Notes under the pieces: model-generated
What the model was told of the DNA's origin: nothing
Database searches by the model: none
The model's input: the letters and a program-made list of their open reading frames with translations, nothing else
Program-made: the position numbers and the translations under genes
Assembly (NCBI GenBank): GCA_030038835.1
Contig: JASHQZ010000167.1
Span: forward strand, 1 to 56,755
Origin: a candidate division FCPU426 bacterium
GTDB taxonomy: Bacteria > Oederibacteriota > Muellerivitia > Muellerivitales > Muellerivitaceae
Reading direction: 5' to 3'
Length of the DNA: 56,755 nt
Shown: in pieces, positions 44,886-52,198 of the stretch
Numbering within the stretch: position 1 is the stretch's first letter
Layout: each line of letters begins with the position of its first letter

Positions 44886-45184
44886 ACGGCCTCTCTTATA
44901 AGTTTACTTTTGCACAGAAAAAACCAATGAAGGATTAGTAATTAGGGGTCCAAAGCGGGTCCCGAAGGCTGGCCCCCTAGTTCCCCTTTCGGTTTTCTAC
45001 CCCCGACCCTTCAGCTGAAGTTGAGAGCGTGACAAGATTGTCTAAGTGTTCCATCACTTTAAATGGGGCCGCTTTAAATATCAACGCTGTGACCCTGGGT
45101 AAAACCGTTTACTTGCAGGATGCTAGGGAATTTGTTTTCCGCCAAAAATTTTCTTTTCGGATTCTTTGGCCCTAGAATGACCCT

Positions 45185-47233
45185 ATGCCGGAAAACCATC
45201 TAGAAGACAATCAACCGCGGAAACGGTTCGCGACTAAAACTTTGTTTGCGCTTACGGTACTGGTTCTATCCATACTGCTTGTCTCGGTTTATCTGAGGAT
45301 TCAAGGGGAAAAGAGGCGGAACCGGCCCGCCAGCCTCGAAACTCCGGCTTTTCAAACCCTACCATTGGGCAGCGTCAAACCTGAAGGATGGCTCTTGGGG
45401 CAACTCCAATTGCAGGCGGCAGGACTGACCGGGCACTTAGACGAGTTTTGGCCGGACGTGGAAAACAGCGGTTGGATCGGAGGACATGCCGAGGGTTGGG
45501 AGAGGGCCCCCTATTGGCTTGATGGTTTGGTGCCACTGGCCTACCAAACCGGGGATAAGCGACTCCAGCGCAAAGCCAAACGGTGGATGGACTATATCCT
45601 ATCGCACCAACTTTCGGACGGCTGGCTGGGACCGGAGCAAAGTCCGCCTCCAACCGGCGCTCCGCCCGGTTCTCCCGGACCCGATCCACGCGACCCCTGG
45701 CCCCAGTTCATCATCCTGAAAGTCCTAGCCCAATACGAGGAGGCCACGGGCGATCCCCGGGTGATCCCAGCCATGGAAAAGGACCTCTGGTGCCTTGACA
45801 ACCAACTGAACCAGAGACCGCTTTTCAGCTGGAATTATTTCCGATGGGGGGATTTCCTGGTCAGCCTATTTTGGCTTTACGACCGAACCCATGAACCCTG
45901 GCTTTTGGACCTGGCCGTCAAGGCCGCGAACCAGGGCTACAATTGGCCCAAATACTTCTCCGACCTGCCCATGAAGGATAAGACCCCGGTATGGAACTGG
46001 TACACCCATGGGGTGAACAACGCCATGGGACTCAAGGTGGCGGCTCTTCTTTTCCGACTGACCGGCGATGAAAAATACAAAAAGCTTTCCTTGGAAGCCC
46101 TCCGGGAACTGGACCGTTACCACGGGGAGGCGAACGGGCTTTTCAGCGCGGACGAGTGCCTGGCGGGACGGAATCCCTCCCAGGGCACGGAACTTTGCAC
46201 CATCGTTGAAACTATGTATTCGTTGGAAACGGATTTAGCCGTTTTGGGGGATGTGGAGGACGCGGACCGCCTGGAAAAGATAGCCTTCAACGCCCTCCCG
46301 GCCGCCTGTTCGGCGGATTATTGGGAACACCAATATGACGAACAAGCCAACCAGGTGGCCTGCGTTTACGTGCCACGCCCGGTTTACACCACCAACCGGG
46401 GGGAGGCCAACCTCTTCGGCTTGGAGCCCCAATACGGCTGTTGCACAGCCAATTTCCACCAAGGATGGCCCAAATTTACCTCTCATTTGTGGATGGCAAC
46501 CCCCGATGGGGGCCTTGCAGCCGTGGTTTATGCCCCCTCGTCGGTGGAAACCCAGATATCCGGCCAGACGGTGAAGGTGGAATTAACCACCGATTATCCT
46601 TTTAGCGAAGAATTGACCTTTAAGGTGACGACGCAAAATCCTTTGGAATTCCCGCTTTATTTGCGCATCCCCGAGTGGGCACAAGGAGCGACCTTGACCT
46701 TGCCCGACGGGAGCTCCCAAAAACCGGACACTGGGAGTTTTCAAAAGGTCTTGCGCAAATGGAACGGGACCGAGACCCTCCAGCTTCACCTCCCCATGAC
46801 CTTCAAGGTTCAAAGGTGGTTTCATGACGCAGTGAGCGTGGAGCGGGGGCCACTGGTATTCAGCCTGGGGTTGAAGGAAATATGGAAACCCGCCCGGCCT
46901 TTTTTCTTTCAACCAAAGGGTGAGCACAAAAATGATTATTTTGTAGTACCCGACAGCCCTTGGAATTACGCTTTGGCGCTTAACCCAGGGAACCCCGAAA
47001 AATTCTTAACCCTTCAGGATGGGACTTTACAAGGGGATCCCTTCACATTGGAAGGAGCACCCCTCAAGGTAACCGTGAAAGGAAGGCGTTTGGACGATTG
47101 GGCCTTCGCCACCGGAGCCGCCGAGCCCCCACCCCCAAGCCCGGTGGAAAGCGCCGAGCCCGAGGAAGACTTGACGCTCGTGCCTTACGGCTCCACACGC
47201 CTGAGGGTGACAGAGTTTCCACTTTTGAAGTGA
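45185..47233 (+). CDS. Glycoside hydrolase family 127-like (DUF1680, beta-L-arabinofuranosidase-type), membrane-anchored
   Basis: N-terminal TM. An E-x-C motif (GTELCTIVE) and a CC motif (YGCCTANFHQGWPKF) match the Zn/catalytic Cys arrangement I recall for HypBA1-type enzymes. Confidence 0.7.
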   Translation: MPENHLEDNQPRKRFATKTLFALTVLVLSILLVSVYLRIQGEKRRNRPASLETPAFQTLPLGSVKPEGWLLGQLQLQAAGLTGHLDEFWPDVENSGWIGGHAEGWERAPYWLDGLVPLAYQTGDKRLQRKAKRWMDYILSHQLSDGWLGPEQSPPPTGAPPGSPGPDPRDPWPQFIILKVLAQYEEATGDPRVIPAMEKDLWCLDNQLNQRPLFSWNYFRWGDFLVSLFWLYDRTHEPWLLDLAVKAANQGYNWPKYFSDLPMKDKTPVWNWYTHGVNNAMGLKVAALLFRLTGDEKYKKLSLEALRELDRYHGEANGLFSADECLAGRNPSQGTELCTIVETMYSLETDLAVLGDVEDADRLEKIAFNALPAACSADYWEHQYDEQANQVACVYVPRPVYTTNRGEANLFGLEPQYGCCTANFHQGWPKFTSHLWMATPDGGLAAVVYAPSSVETQISGQTVKVELTTDYPFSEELTFKVTTQNPLEFPLYLRIPEWAQGATLTLPDGSSQKPDTGSFQKVLRKWNGTETLQLHLPMTFKVQRWFHDAVSVERGPLVFSLGLKEIWKPARPFFFQPKGEHKNDYFVVPDSPWNYALALNPGNPEKFLTLQDGTLQGDPFTLEGAPLKVTVKGRRLDDWAFATGAAEPPPPSPVESAEPEEDLTLVPYGSTRLRVTEFPLLK

Positions 47234-47397
47234 GAAATTGGCAAGTTATGGATCGGTCCTTGTCCACGACGGAGACGGGTTTATTCCGGTAGCTTGGCAG
47301 GAAACTAGCCGCAGCGGCTTTCCAATGTTTTCCCCTGGAAATCAAGGGGGGCTTTCGTCATAATCCAGGTTTAATACTGGTTTCAGGAGGAATTTCC

Positions 47398-47694
47398 ATG
47401 GCTGTGAAAGTTCTCATTCCAACCCCTTTGAGGAACCTCACCAACAACCAGGCGGAGGTCGATGCCGAAGGGGCCACCATTTCCGACCTGATCAACAACT
47501 TGGGGAAGAATTACAACGGGTTGAAGGACCGCCTTTGCGACGAAAACGGCAAAATCCGCCGATTCGTGAACATTTACCTGAACGAAGAAGACATCCGTTT
47601 CCTGCAAGGGGAAGCCACGGCCGTCAAGCCCGGGGACCAGGTTTCCATCGTTCCCGCGATAGCGGGAGGATCAGGTGAAAATAAAGACATTTGA
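47398..47694 (+). CDS. CysO/MoaD/ThiS-family ubiquitin-like sulfur-carrier protein with a 7-residue extension after the Gly-Gly
   Basis: [13 protein letters not shown]...[18 protein letters not shown]...[20 protein letters not shown] closely parallels M. tuberculosis CysO as I recall it. Strong AGGAGG SD. Confidence 0.85.
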   Translation: MAVKVLIPTPLRNLTNNQAEVDAEGATISDLINNLGKNYNGLKDRLCDENGKIRRFVNIYLNEEDIRFLQGEATAVKPGDQVSIVPAIAGGSGENKDI

Positions 47695-47742
47695 AAGCCA
47701 CCGGCTTTCCTGATCAATCCTCACTTTTCTCAGAGGAACTTC

Positions 47743-47988
47743 ATGGCGGATATTAAGAAACTCATCGAACTGGATTATCCCACCGAACTGGTCACCGAAC
47801 CGGTGCTTTCCAAAATGATCAAGAAATATAACGTCACGGTCAACATCCGCCGGGCCTCCATCACCAAGGGTTTCGGCTACGTCCAAATGGAGATCGAGGG
47901 AGAAGAAAAAGAAGTGCAAAAGGCCCTCGACAATCTTTCTAAACAGGGAATCGACGTTAATCCCATTGTTAAAGACATTGTCGAGTAA
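47743..47988 (+). CDS. Stand-alone NIL-domain protein
   Basis: An 81-aa protein, EPVLSKMIKKYNVTVNIRRASI...GYVQMEIEGEE..., matching the NIL (MetN C-terminal-type) pattern. Confidence 0.7.
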   Translation: MADIKKLIELDYPTELVTEPVLSKMIKKYNVTVNIRRASITKGFGYVQMEIEGEEKEVQKALDNLSKQGIDVNPIVKDIVE

Positions 47989-47992
47989 GGGG

Positions 47993-48601
47993 ATGGCAGA
48001 CACCCAACCTCAAGAAAGATATTCCCGCCAGGTCATCCTCCCGGGAGTCGGGCAGGAAGGCCAGGCCAAGTGGGCCGCATCCAGGATTCTTCTAGCAGGG
48101 GAAGGCGTGATCCTTACGGCAGCCGAGACGGCCTTAAAGTCCAGCGGTATTTCCAACCTCCTGCAATGGAAAACCGACTCCCCTCAAGCTCCCATTGGAG
48201 ATGCGGACCTAACCCTGGTCCTCACGGAAAATTCCGATTTCCGGCGGCGCGCCAGCCGCTGGCTCCGGAAAAACCGAAGGCCTGCCCTTTTCGCCTGGTG
48301 CGCGGGAAGCGGCTACGCCCTTTTCGCGGCTTCCCATTGGGAAAACCATTGTCCGTGCCTGGAATGCTTTGAAACCCTCAATCCAAAGGCCTTCGCTGGC
48401 GGAACGCCTACGACCCAACGCCTATTAGGCGCCTTGGCGGCCTCTGAGGCGTTGCAGTGGATTTTGAAGGGAAGCACGCCCTTGGCAAGCAAGGTTTGGG
48501 TCACATCCCTTGATTCGGGAGTCTCCTTTCATCACGAAGTAAAAGCCTCCGACAAATGCCCGGTCCGGCTGTCGGAGGAAGGGGCGGTTGTAACCCCGTG
48601 A
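47993..48601 (+). CDS. Degenerate ThiF/MoeB (E1)-like protein lacking the nucleotide-binding motifs
   Basis: It retains ERYSRQVILPGVGQEGQ, DLTLVLTENSDFRRR and the CPCLEC CxxC. The Gly-rich loop reads LLAGEGVILTA, and the DxDxVxxSNLxRQ segment is absent. 202 aa. Confidence 0.65.
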   Translation: MADTQPQERYSRQVILPGVGQEGQAKWAASRILLAGEGVILTAAETALKSSGISNLLQWKTDSPQAPIGDADLTLVLTENSDFRRRASRWLRKNRRPALFAWCAGSGYALFAASHWENHCPCLECFETLNPKAFAGGTPTTQRLLGALAASEALQWILKGSTPLASKVWVTSLDSGVSFHHEVKASDKCPVRLSEEGAVVTP

Positions 48602-49551
48602 CCTATAACCGCTACCCTTTAGCCACCGACATCACCCAAATCATCGGCAACACCCCCCTGCTGAAGCTGCAACGCATTCCGGAAAAGGGGGGGGCCCAGA
48701 TCCTTTGCAAACTGGAATTTTACAATCCCGGCGGAAGCGTGAAGGACCGCATCGCCCTGGCCATGATCGAGGACGCCGAAAAGCGCGGTATCCTAAAACC
48801 CGGTGGAACCTTGGTGGAGCCCACCAGCGGCAATACGGGCATCGGTTTGGCTTTGGTGTGCGCCCAGAGGGGCTACCGGTTGATCCTGGTCATGCCCGAG
48901 GATATGAGCCTGGAGCGCCGGGTACTGCTGCGGGCCTATGGCGCCGAATTGGTTTTGACCCCCGCCCAGGGATTGATGGCGGAGGCCGTCCGAAAGGCCA
49001 AAGAGATCAAGCAGCAACACCCGGATTATTTCATGCCGGAGCAATTCGCCAACCGGGCTAATCCCGAAGCGCATAAAAGGACCACCGCGCCCGAGATTGA
49101 AAAGGACACCGGAGGACAATTGGACGCCTTCGTAGCCGGCATTGGAACAGGCGGGACTATCACGGGAGTGGGCGAATATTTCAAGGCCAAGGACCCCAAA
49201 ATAAGGATGGTGGGCGTGGAACCGGCGGCCTCTGCCGTACTTTCAGGCGGCAAGGCGGGTATTCATCGAATTCAAGGCATTGGGGCGGGGTTCGTGCCAC
49301 CGGTCTTGAACCGGTCGATCTTGGACGAGGTGGCAACGGTGGAAGACAAGGAAGCCTTCCTCATGACCAAACGGTTGGCGCGGGAAGAAGGGTTGCTTTT
49401 GGGTATTTCCTCTGGAGCCAATGTGGCGGTGGCGGTCAAGGTGGCCCAGAGGCTTGGGCCCGAGGCCCGCGTGGTCACCCTTTGCTGCGATATGGGGGAA
49501 AGGTATTTCAGCTTGGAAGAGGAATTCGAAAGGCAAGAAAAGAGACATTAA
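48598..49551 (+). CDS. Cysteine synthase (CysK/CysM family PLP enzyme)
   Basis: NPGGSVKDRIA PLP lysine, TSGNTGIGLA, GTGGTITG. GTG 48598 overlaps the upstream TGA (GTGA coupling). The ORF track starts at 48556. Confidence 0.9.
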   Translation: MTYNRYPLATDITQIIGNTPLLKLQRIPEKGGAQILCKLEFYNPGGSVKDRIALAMIEDAEKRGILKPGGTLVEPTSGNTGIGLALVCAQRGYRLILVMPEDMSLERRVLLRAYGAELVLTPAQGLMAEAVRKAKEIKQQHPDYFMPEQFANRANPEAHKRTTAPEIEKDTGGQLDAFVAGIGTGGTITGVGEYFKAKDPKIRMVGVEPAASAVLSGGKAGIHRIQGIGAGFVPPVLNRSILDEVATVEDKEAFLMTKRLAREEGLLLGISSGANVAVAVKVAQRLGPEARVVTLCCDMGERYFSLEEEFERQEKRH

Positions 49552-49563
49552 TCAAAATGTGAT

Positions 49564-49968
49564 TTAAAATCCCTGATCAGCAACCGACTTCACCCAAACC
49601 TCCCTGTCCTTCGGGCCGTCGAACTCACAGAAATAAATCCCTTGCCAACGGCCCAGCTGGATTTTTCCGTTTTCCACGATTAGGACCAACGAGAATCCCG
49701 TTAACACGGATTTGATATGAGCATCCGCGTTGTCCTCGAAATGCTTAAACTCGGGCGATTGAGGGATGGTTTTTTGGAGGTGGTAGAGGATATCCCTTTT
49801 GACGTCCGGATCGGCATTCTCGTTGATGGTAATGGCGGCGGTAGTGTGGGGGCAAAAAAGAAGGAGAACCCCTGATTTGAACGCGCTTTGGGTCACGAAA
49901 CTCCGAATGGGGGCCGTGATGTCCAGGATTTGCCCGCGTTGTTCGGTGCGGATCTGGATGATTTTCAT
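49564..49968 (-). CDS. yjbQ: YjbQ/UPF0047-family protein (secondary thiamine-phosphate synthase type)
   Basis: A 134-aa protein. LLLFCPHTTAAITINENADPDV and NADAHIKS motifs are typical of UPF0047. Confidence 0.8.
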   Translation of the reverse strand: MKIIQIRTEQRGQILDITAPIRSFVTQSAFKSGVLLLFCPHTTAAITINENADPDVKRDILYHLQKTIPQSPEFKHFEDNADAHIKSVLTGFSLVLIVENGKIQLGRWQGIYFCEFDGPKDREVWVKSVADQGF

Positions 49969-50049
49969 GAGGCCATCATAACGATTTGGGTTTTAAAAAC
50001 CATCCCGCTTATTTTTTCCATGCCGACGACCATTTCTTATCCTGCCCCG

Positions 50050-50073
50050 CAAATACTACGAGTAGTGAGTGGC
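50050..50073 (+). repeat. Left copy of a 24-25 nt box containing the palindrome ACTAC-GA-GTAGT
   Basis: GCAAATACTACGAGTAGTGAGTGG, located 57 nt upstream of the small ORF start. Confidence 0.6.
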
Positions 50074-50100
50074 CTAACGGCCAAGTCTAGGGAAAATTGA

Positions 50101-50130
50101 TTCCTCCGGCGATGACCCTTTTCGGAGGAA
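50101..50130 (+). promoter_or_regulatory. SD-sequestering hairpin in front of the small ORF
   Basis: TTCCTCCG (50101-50108) is perfectly complementary to CGGAGGAA (50123-50130). The latter is the SD sequence and abuts ATG 50131. Confidence 0.4.
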
Positions 50131-50295
50131 ATGATGGAAGAAGATTCCAACATTTATGTTTTTCAACTCATGGGAACGGAAGAAACCTTTGAGGTTGAAG
50201 CCGAGGATTCAGCGGAGGCGCTCCGCCAATGTTTGAGGGAAAAAGGGTGGCCCATTGAAAGGGTGGTCTACTTTGGAAAATGGGAAAAACAATAA
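50131..50295 (+). CDS. Hypothetical small acidic protein (54 aa), not in the ORF track
   Basis: My own translation is MMEEDSNIYVFQLMGTEETFEVEAEDSAEALRQCLREKGWPIERVVYFGKWEKQ. GGAGGA SD. No family recognised. Confidence 0.4.
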   Translation: MMEEDSNIYVFQLMGTEETFEVEAEDSAEALRQCLREKGWPIERVVYFGKWEKQ

Positions 50296-50337
50296 GAACC
50301 TTATAGCCTGGGAACACCGGGGTTTCTTCCCGACTAG

Positions 50338-50556
50338 TTAGATCCCTTCGAATAACCTGTGAACGGGGAAATTAAGGCCCTTCGCGATCTTAACGGCATT
50401 TTTGAGGGTGATGTTTCTTTCGCCCCGCTCGACAAAACCGATGAAGTTGGGGGTTAGGCCGGAATGTTGCGCCAACTCTTCCTGGGTCCAGCGCCGCTTC
50501 AACCTTAACTTGCGCACGTTACATCCGAATTGCTGGATGATGACTTGTTCGTTCAT
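50338..50556 (-). CDS. XRE-family helix-turn-helix regulator (72 aa)
   Basis: RKLRLKRRWTQEELAQHSGLTPNFIGFVERGERNITLKNAVKIAKGL HTH_3 pattern. ATG 50556 is preferred over TTG 50565. Confidence 0.75.
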   Translation of the reverse strand: MNEQVIIQQFGCNVRKLRLKRRWTQEELAQHSGLTPNFIGFVERGERNITLKNAVKIAKGLNFPVHRLFEGI

Positions 50557-50589
50557 AATTCTCAATGTATGAAGAATGTAAAGTTAATA

Positions 50590-50614
50590 CCACCCACTAC
50601 TCGTAGTTTTTTGC
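50590..50614 (-). repeat. Right (inverted) copy of the 24-25 nt box
   Basis: The reverse complement reads GCAAAAAACTACGAGTAGTGGGTGG. It lies 33 nt upstream of the XRE ATG and matches the left copy at 22 positions. Confidence 0.6.
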
Positions 50615-50851
50615 AAAACTGGCCGTTTGGAACTATCCTGGGGCAGTTCCACGGCCCTGTAACCTTTAACCAAAAAGCCTTTATTGCCGGGCGCAATTCA
50701 AGCCGAAACCGCAAGATAAAAACCAACAATTTAAATTCTATTGGCTATTGTTTTGCGTTCCTTGGGCCGGGCCTCTCCCAGCTCGTTTTTTGTACATCTT
50801 GTTTTAAAGTAACGCCAATCCTATGGTGGGAAGATTCAAGGGGGTATGACA

Positions 50852-51484
50852 ATGACTATTCATATCGAAGCCTATTCCGACGTCATTTGTCCTTGGTGCT
50901 ACTTAGGTAAGAAACGGCTGGAAGACGCACTACGGTCCTTCCCTGAGGGGAAAGATGCCGTGATTCGATTTTTACCTTATGAATTGAACCCCTCCACACC
51001 CGAGGAAGGGCTGGACCACAAAGCCCATCTTGCGGCCAAGTTGGGGGGCGCCGCTGCCTTGGGCGCGGCCCACGCCCGCCTGGCAGCGCTGGGTCAAGAA
51101 GCGGGGATCGACTATCGGTTTGACGCCATTCAAAAGACACCGAACACCTTAAACGCCCACAGGGTGCTTTGGCTTGCGGAGAAGGACGGTAAGGGCAACG
51201 AAGCCCAGAATGCCTTCTTCGAGGCTTACTTCACAGAGGGGAAGGACCTGGGGGACAAGAAGGTTTTGCTGGATCTCGCCGTCTCGGTGGGTTTGGAAAG
51301 GGGAAGAGTGGAAAAGCTGCTGGCCGGACGCCAATACGAGCAAGAAGTCCGGGAAGCCGAGGAGAAAGCCTACGACATGGGCGTTACGGGCGTTCCCTTT
51401 TTTATCTTCAATGGGAAAGTCGCTGTTTCCGGAGCCCAAAGCGTGGAGGTTTTTGAAAAGGCCTTACGTCAGGCGTCCACTTGA
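50852..51484 (+). CDS. DsbA/FrnE-family thiol oxidoreductase
   Basis: IEAYSDVICPWCYLGKKRLE CxxC motif and GVTGVPFFIFNGK. The start is ATG 50846 or 50852. Confidence 0.8.
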   Translation: MTIHIEAYSDVICPWCYLGKKRLEDALRSFPEGKDAVIRFLPYELNPSTPEEGLDHKAHLAAKLGGAAALGAAHARLAALGQEAGIDYRFDAIQKTPNTLNAHRVLWLAEKDGKGNEAQNAFFEAYFTEGKDLGDKKVLLDLAVSVGLERGRVEKLLAGRQYEQEVREAEEKAYDMGVTGVPFFIFNGKVAVSGAQSVEVFEKALRQAST

Positions 51485-51498
51485 GGCCCGAATGGCCC

Positions 51499-52104
51499 TT
51501 AGACCATACCGCTGTGGATGCGAGGGCCCACCGGCTGTTTTTGGATGATTTGGGCTTCTTCCTCCACTAACCGGCTCCAACGGATCTGGACTTCACGGGT
51601 GGGCAGGACCTTTTTGGCCATGTTCACGAAGAGTCGGTAATGGCCGTTTTCCGATTCAATCAAACCCGAGTAGAATTTCGTTAATTCAGCGTCCCCGCAG
51701 GCTTCCGCCAGCCTCCCAAACCTTTCGCAGGAACGGGCCTCGATTAATGCTGAAACCAATAAACGGTCCGCCAAACCCTGGTTTCCCTTGCCCCGGCGGA
51801 CCAACCGGTGCAAATCCACTGCGTAAGGGTTTTTGTGGGATCTTTCCAGGGCACCGCCCCTTTTTTCCAAAAGCTTTAAAACCATCTTGAGATGGGACGC
51901 TTCGTCCCCGGCTATGGCGGCCACGGAGGAAAGCCAAAAGGCAGGAATCTTAGCGCCGGGCCAAAGGTTCAGGAACTCCAGGGCGTTATTGGCTGCCTTT
52001 TTTTCCAGGTAGGCTTGGTCCGAGAGAAGGGCAATGGGGTTCCGCAGGACACCTCCCGCCCATTCAGGCGGTGTTTCATGAAGCAGGACTTTATTGTTAC
52101 CCAA
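51499..52104 (-). CDS. miaE: tRNA-(ms2io6A37)-hydroxylase MiaE
   Basis: Di-iron four-helix motifs: DQAYLEKKAANNAL, DEASHLKMV, ALIEARSCERF, SENGHYRLF. Confidence 0.8.
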   Translation of the reverse strand: MGNNKVLLHETPPEWAGGVLRNPIALLSDQAYLEKKAANNALEFLNLWPGAKIPAFWLSSVAAIAGDEASHLKMVLKLLEKRGGALERSHKNPYAVDLHRLVRRGKGNQGLADRLLVSALIEARSCERFGRLAEACGDAELTKFYSGLIESENGHYRLFVNMAKKVLPTREVQIRWSRLVEEEAQIIQKQPVGPRIHSGMV

Positions 52105-52198
52105 ATTTAATCCTTACAGCAGGATGGACAAATCCAAACAAACCAGCTGCCGGTTTCGTCTACAATGAGGTTCATTTTAGCGTTCCGGAAGGAAATCC

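Noticed and set aside
45009-45020. A perfect 12-nt palindrome, CTTCAGCTGAAG, in the divergent XRE/GH127 control region, considered as an operator.
   Set aside because: By my rough estimate, on the order of ten perfect 12-nt palindromes are expected by chance in 57 kb. There is no second copy or half-site nearby.
50050-50614. Alternative reading of the two 24-25 nt boxes as terminal inverted repeats of a 565-bp MITE-like mobile element.
   Set aside because: No direct target-site duplication flanks them (CTGCCCC on the left, AAAACTG on the right). Each box sits at promoter distance, in the same orientation relative to its gene, which favours an operator or promoter. The mobile-element reading is not fully excluded.
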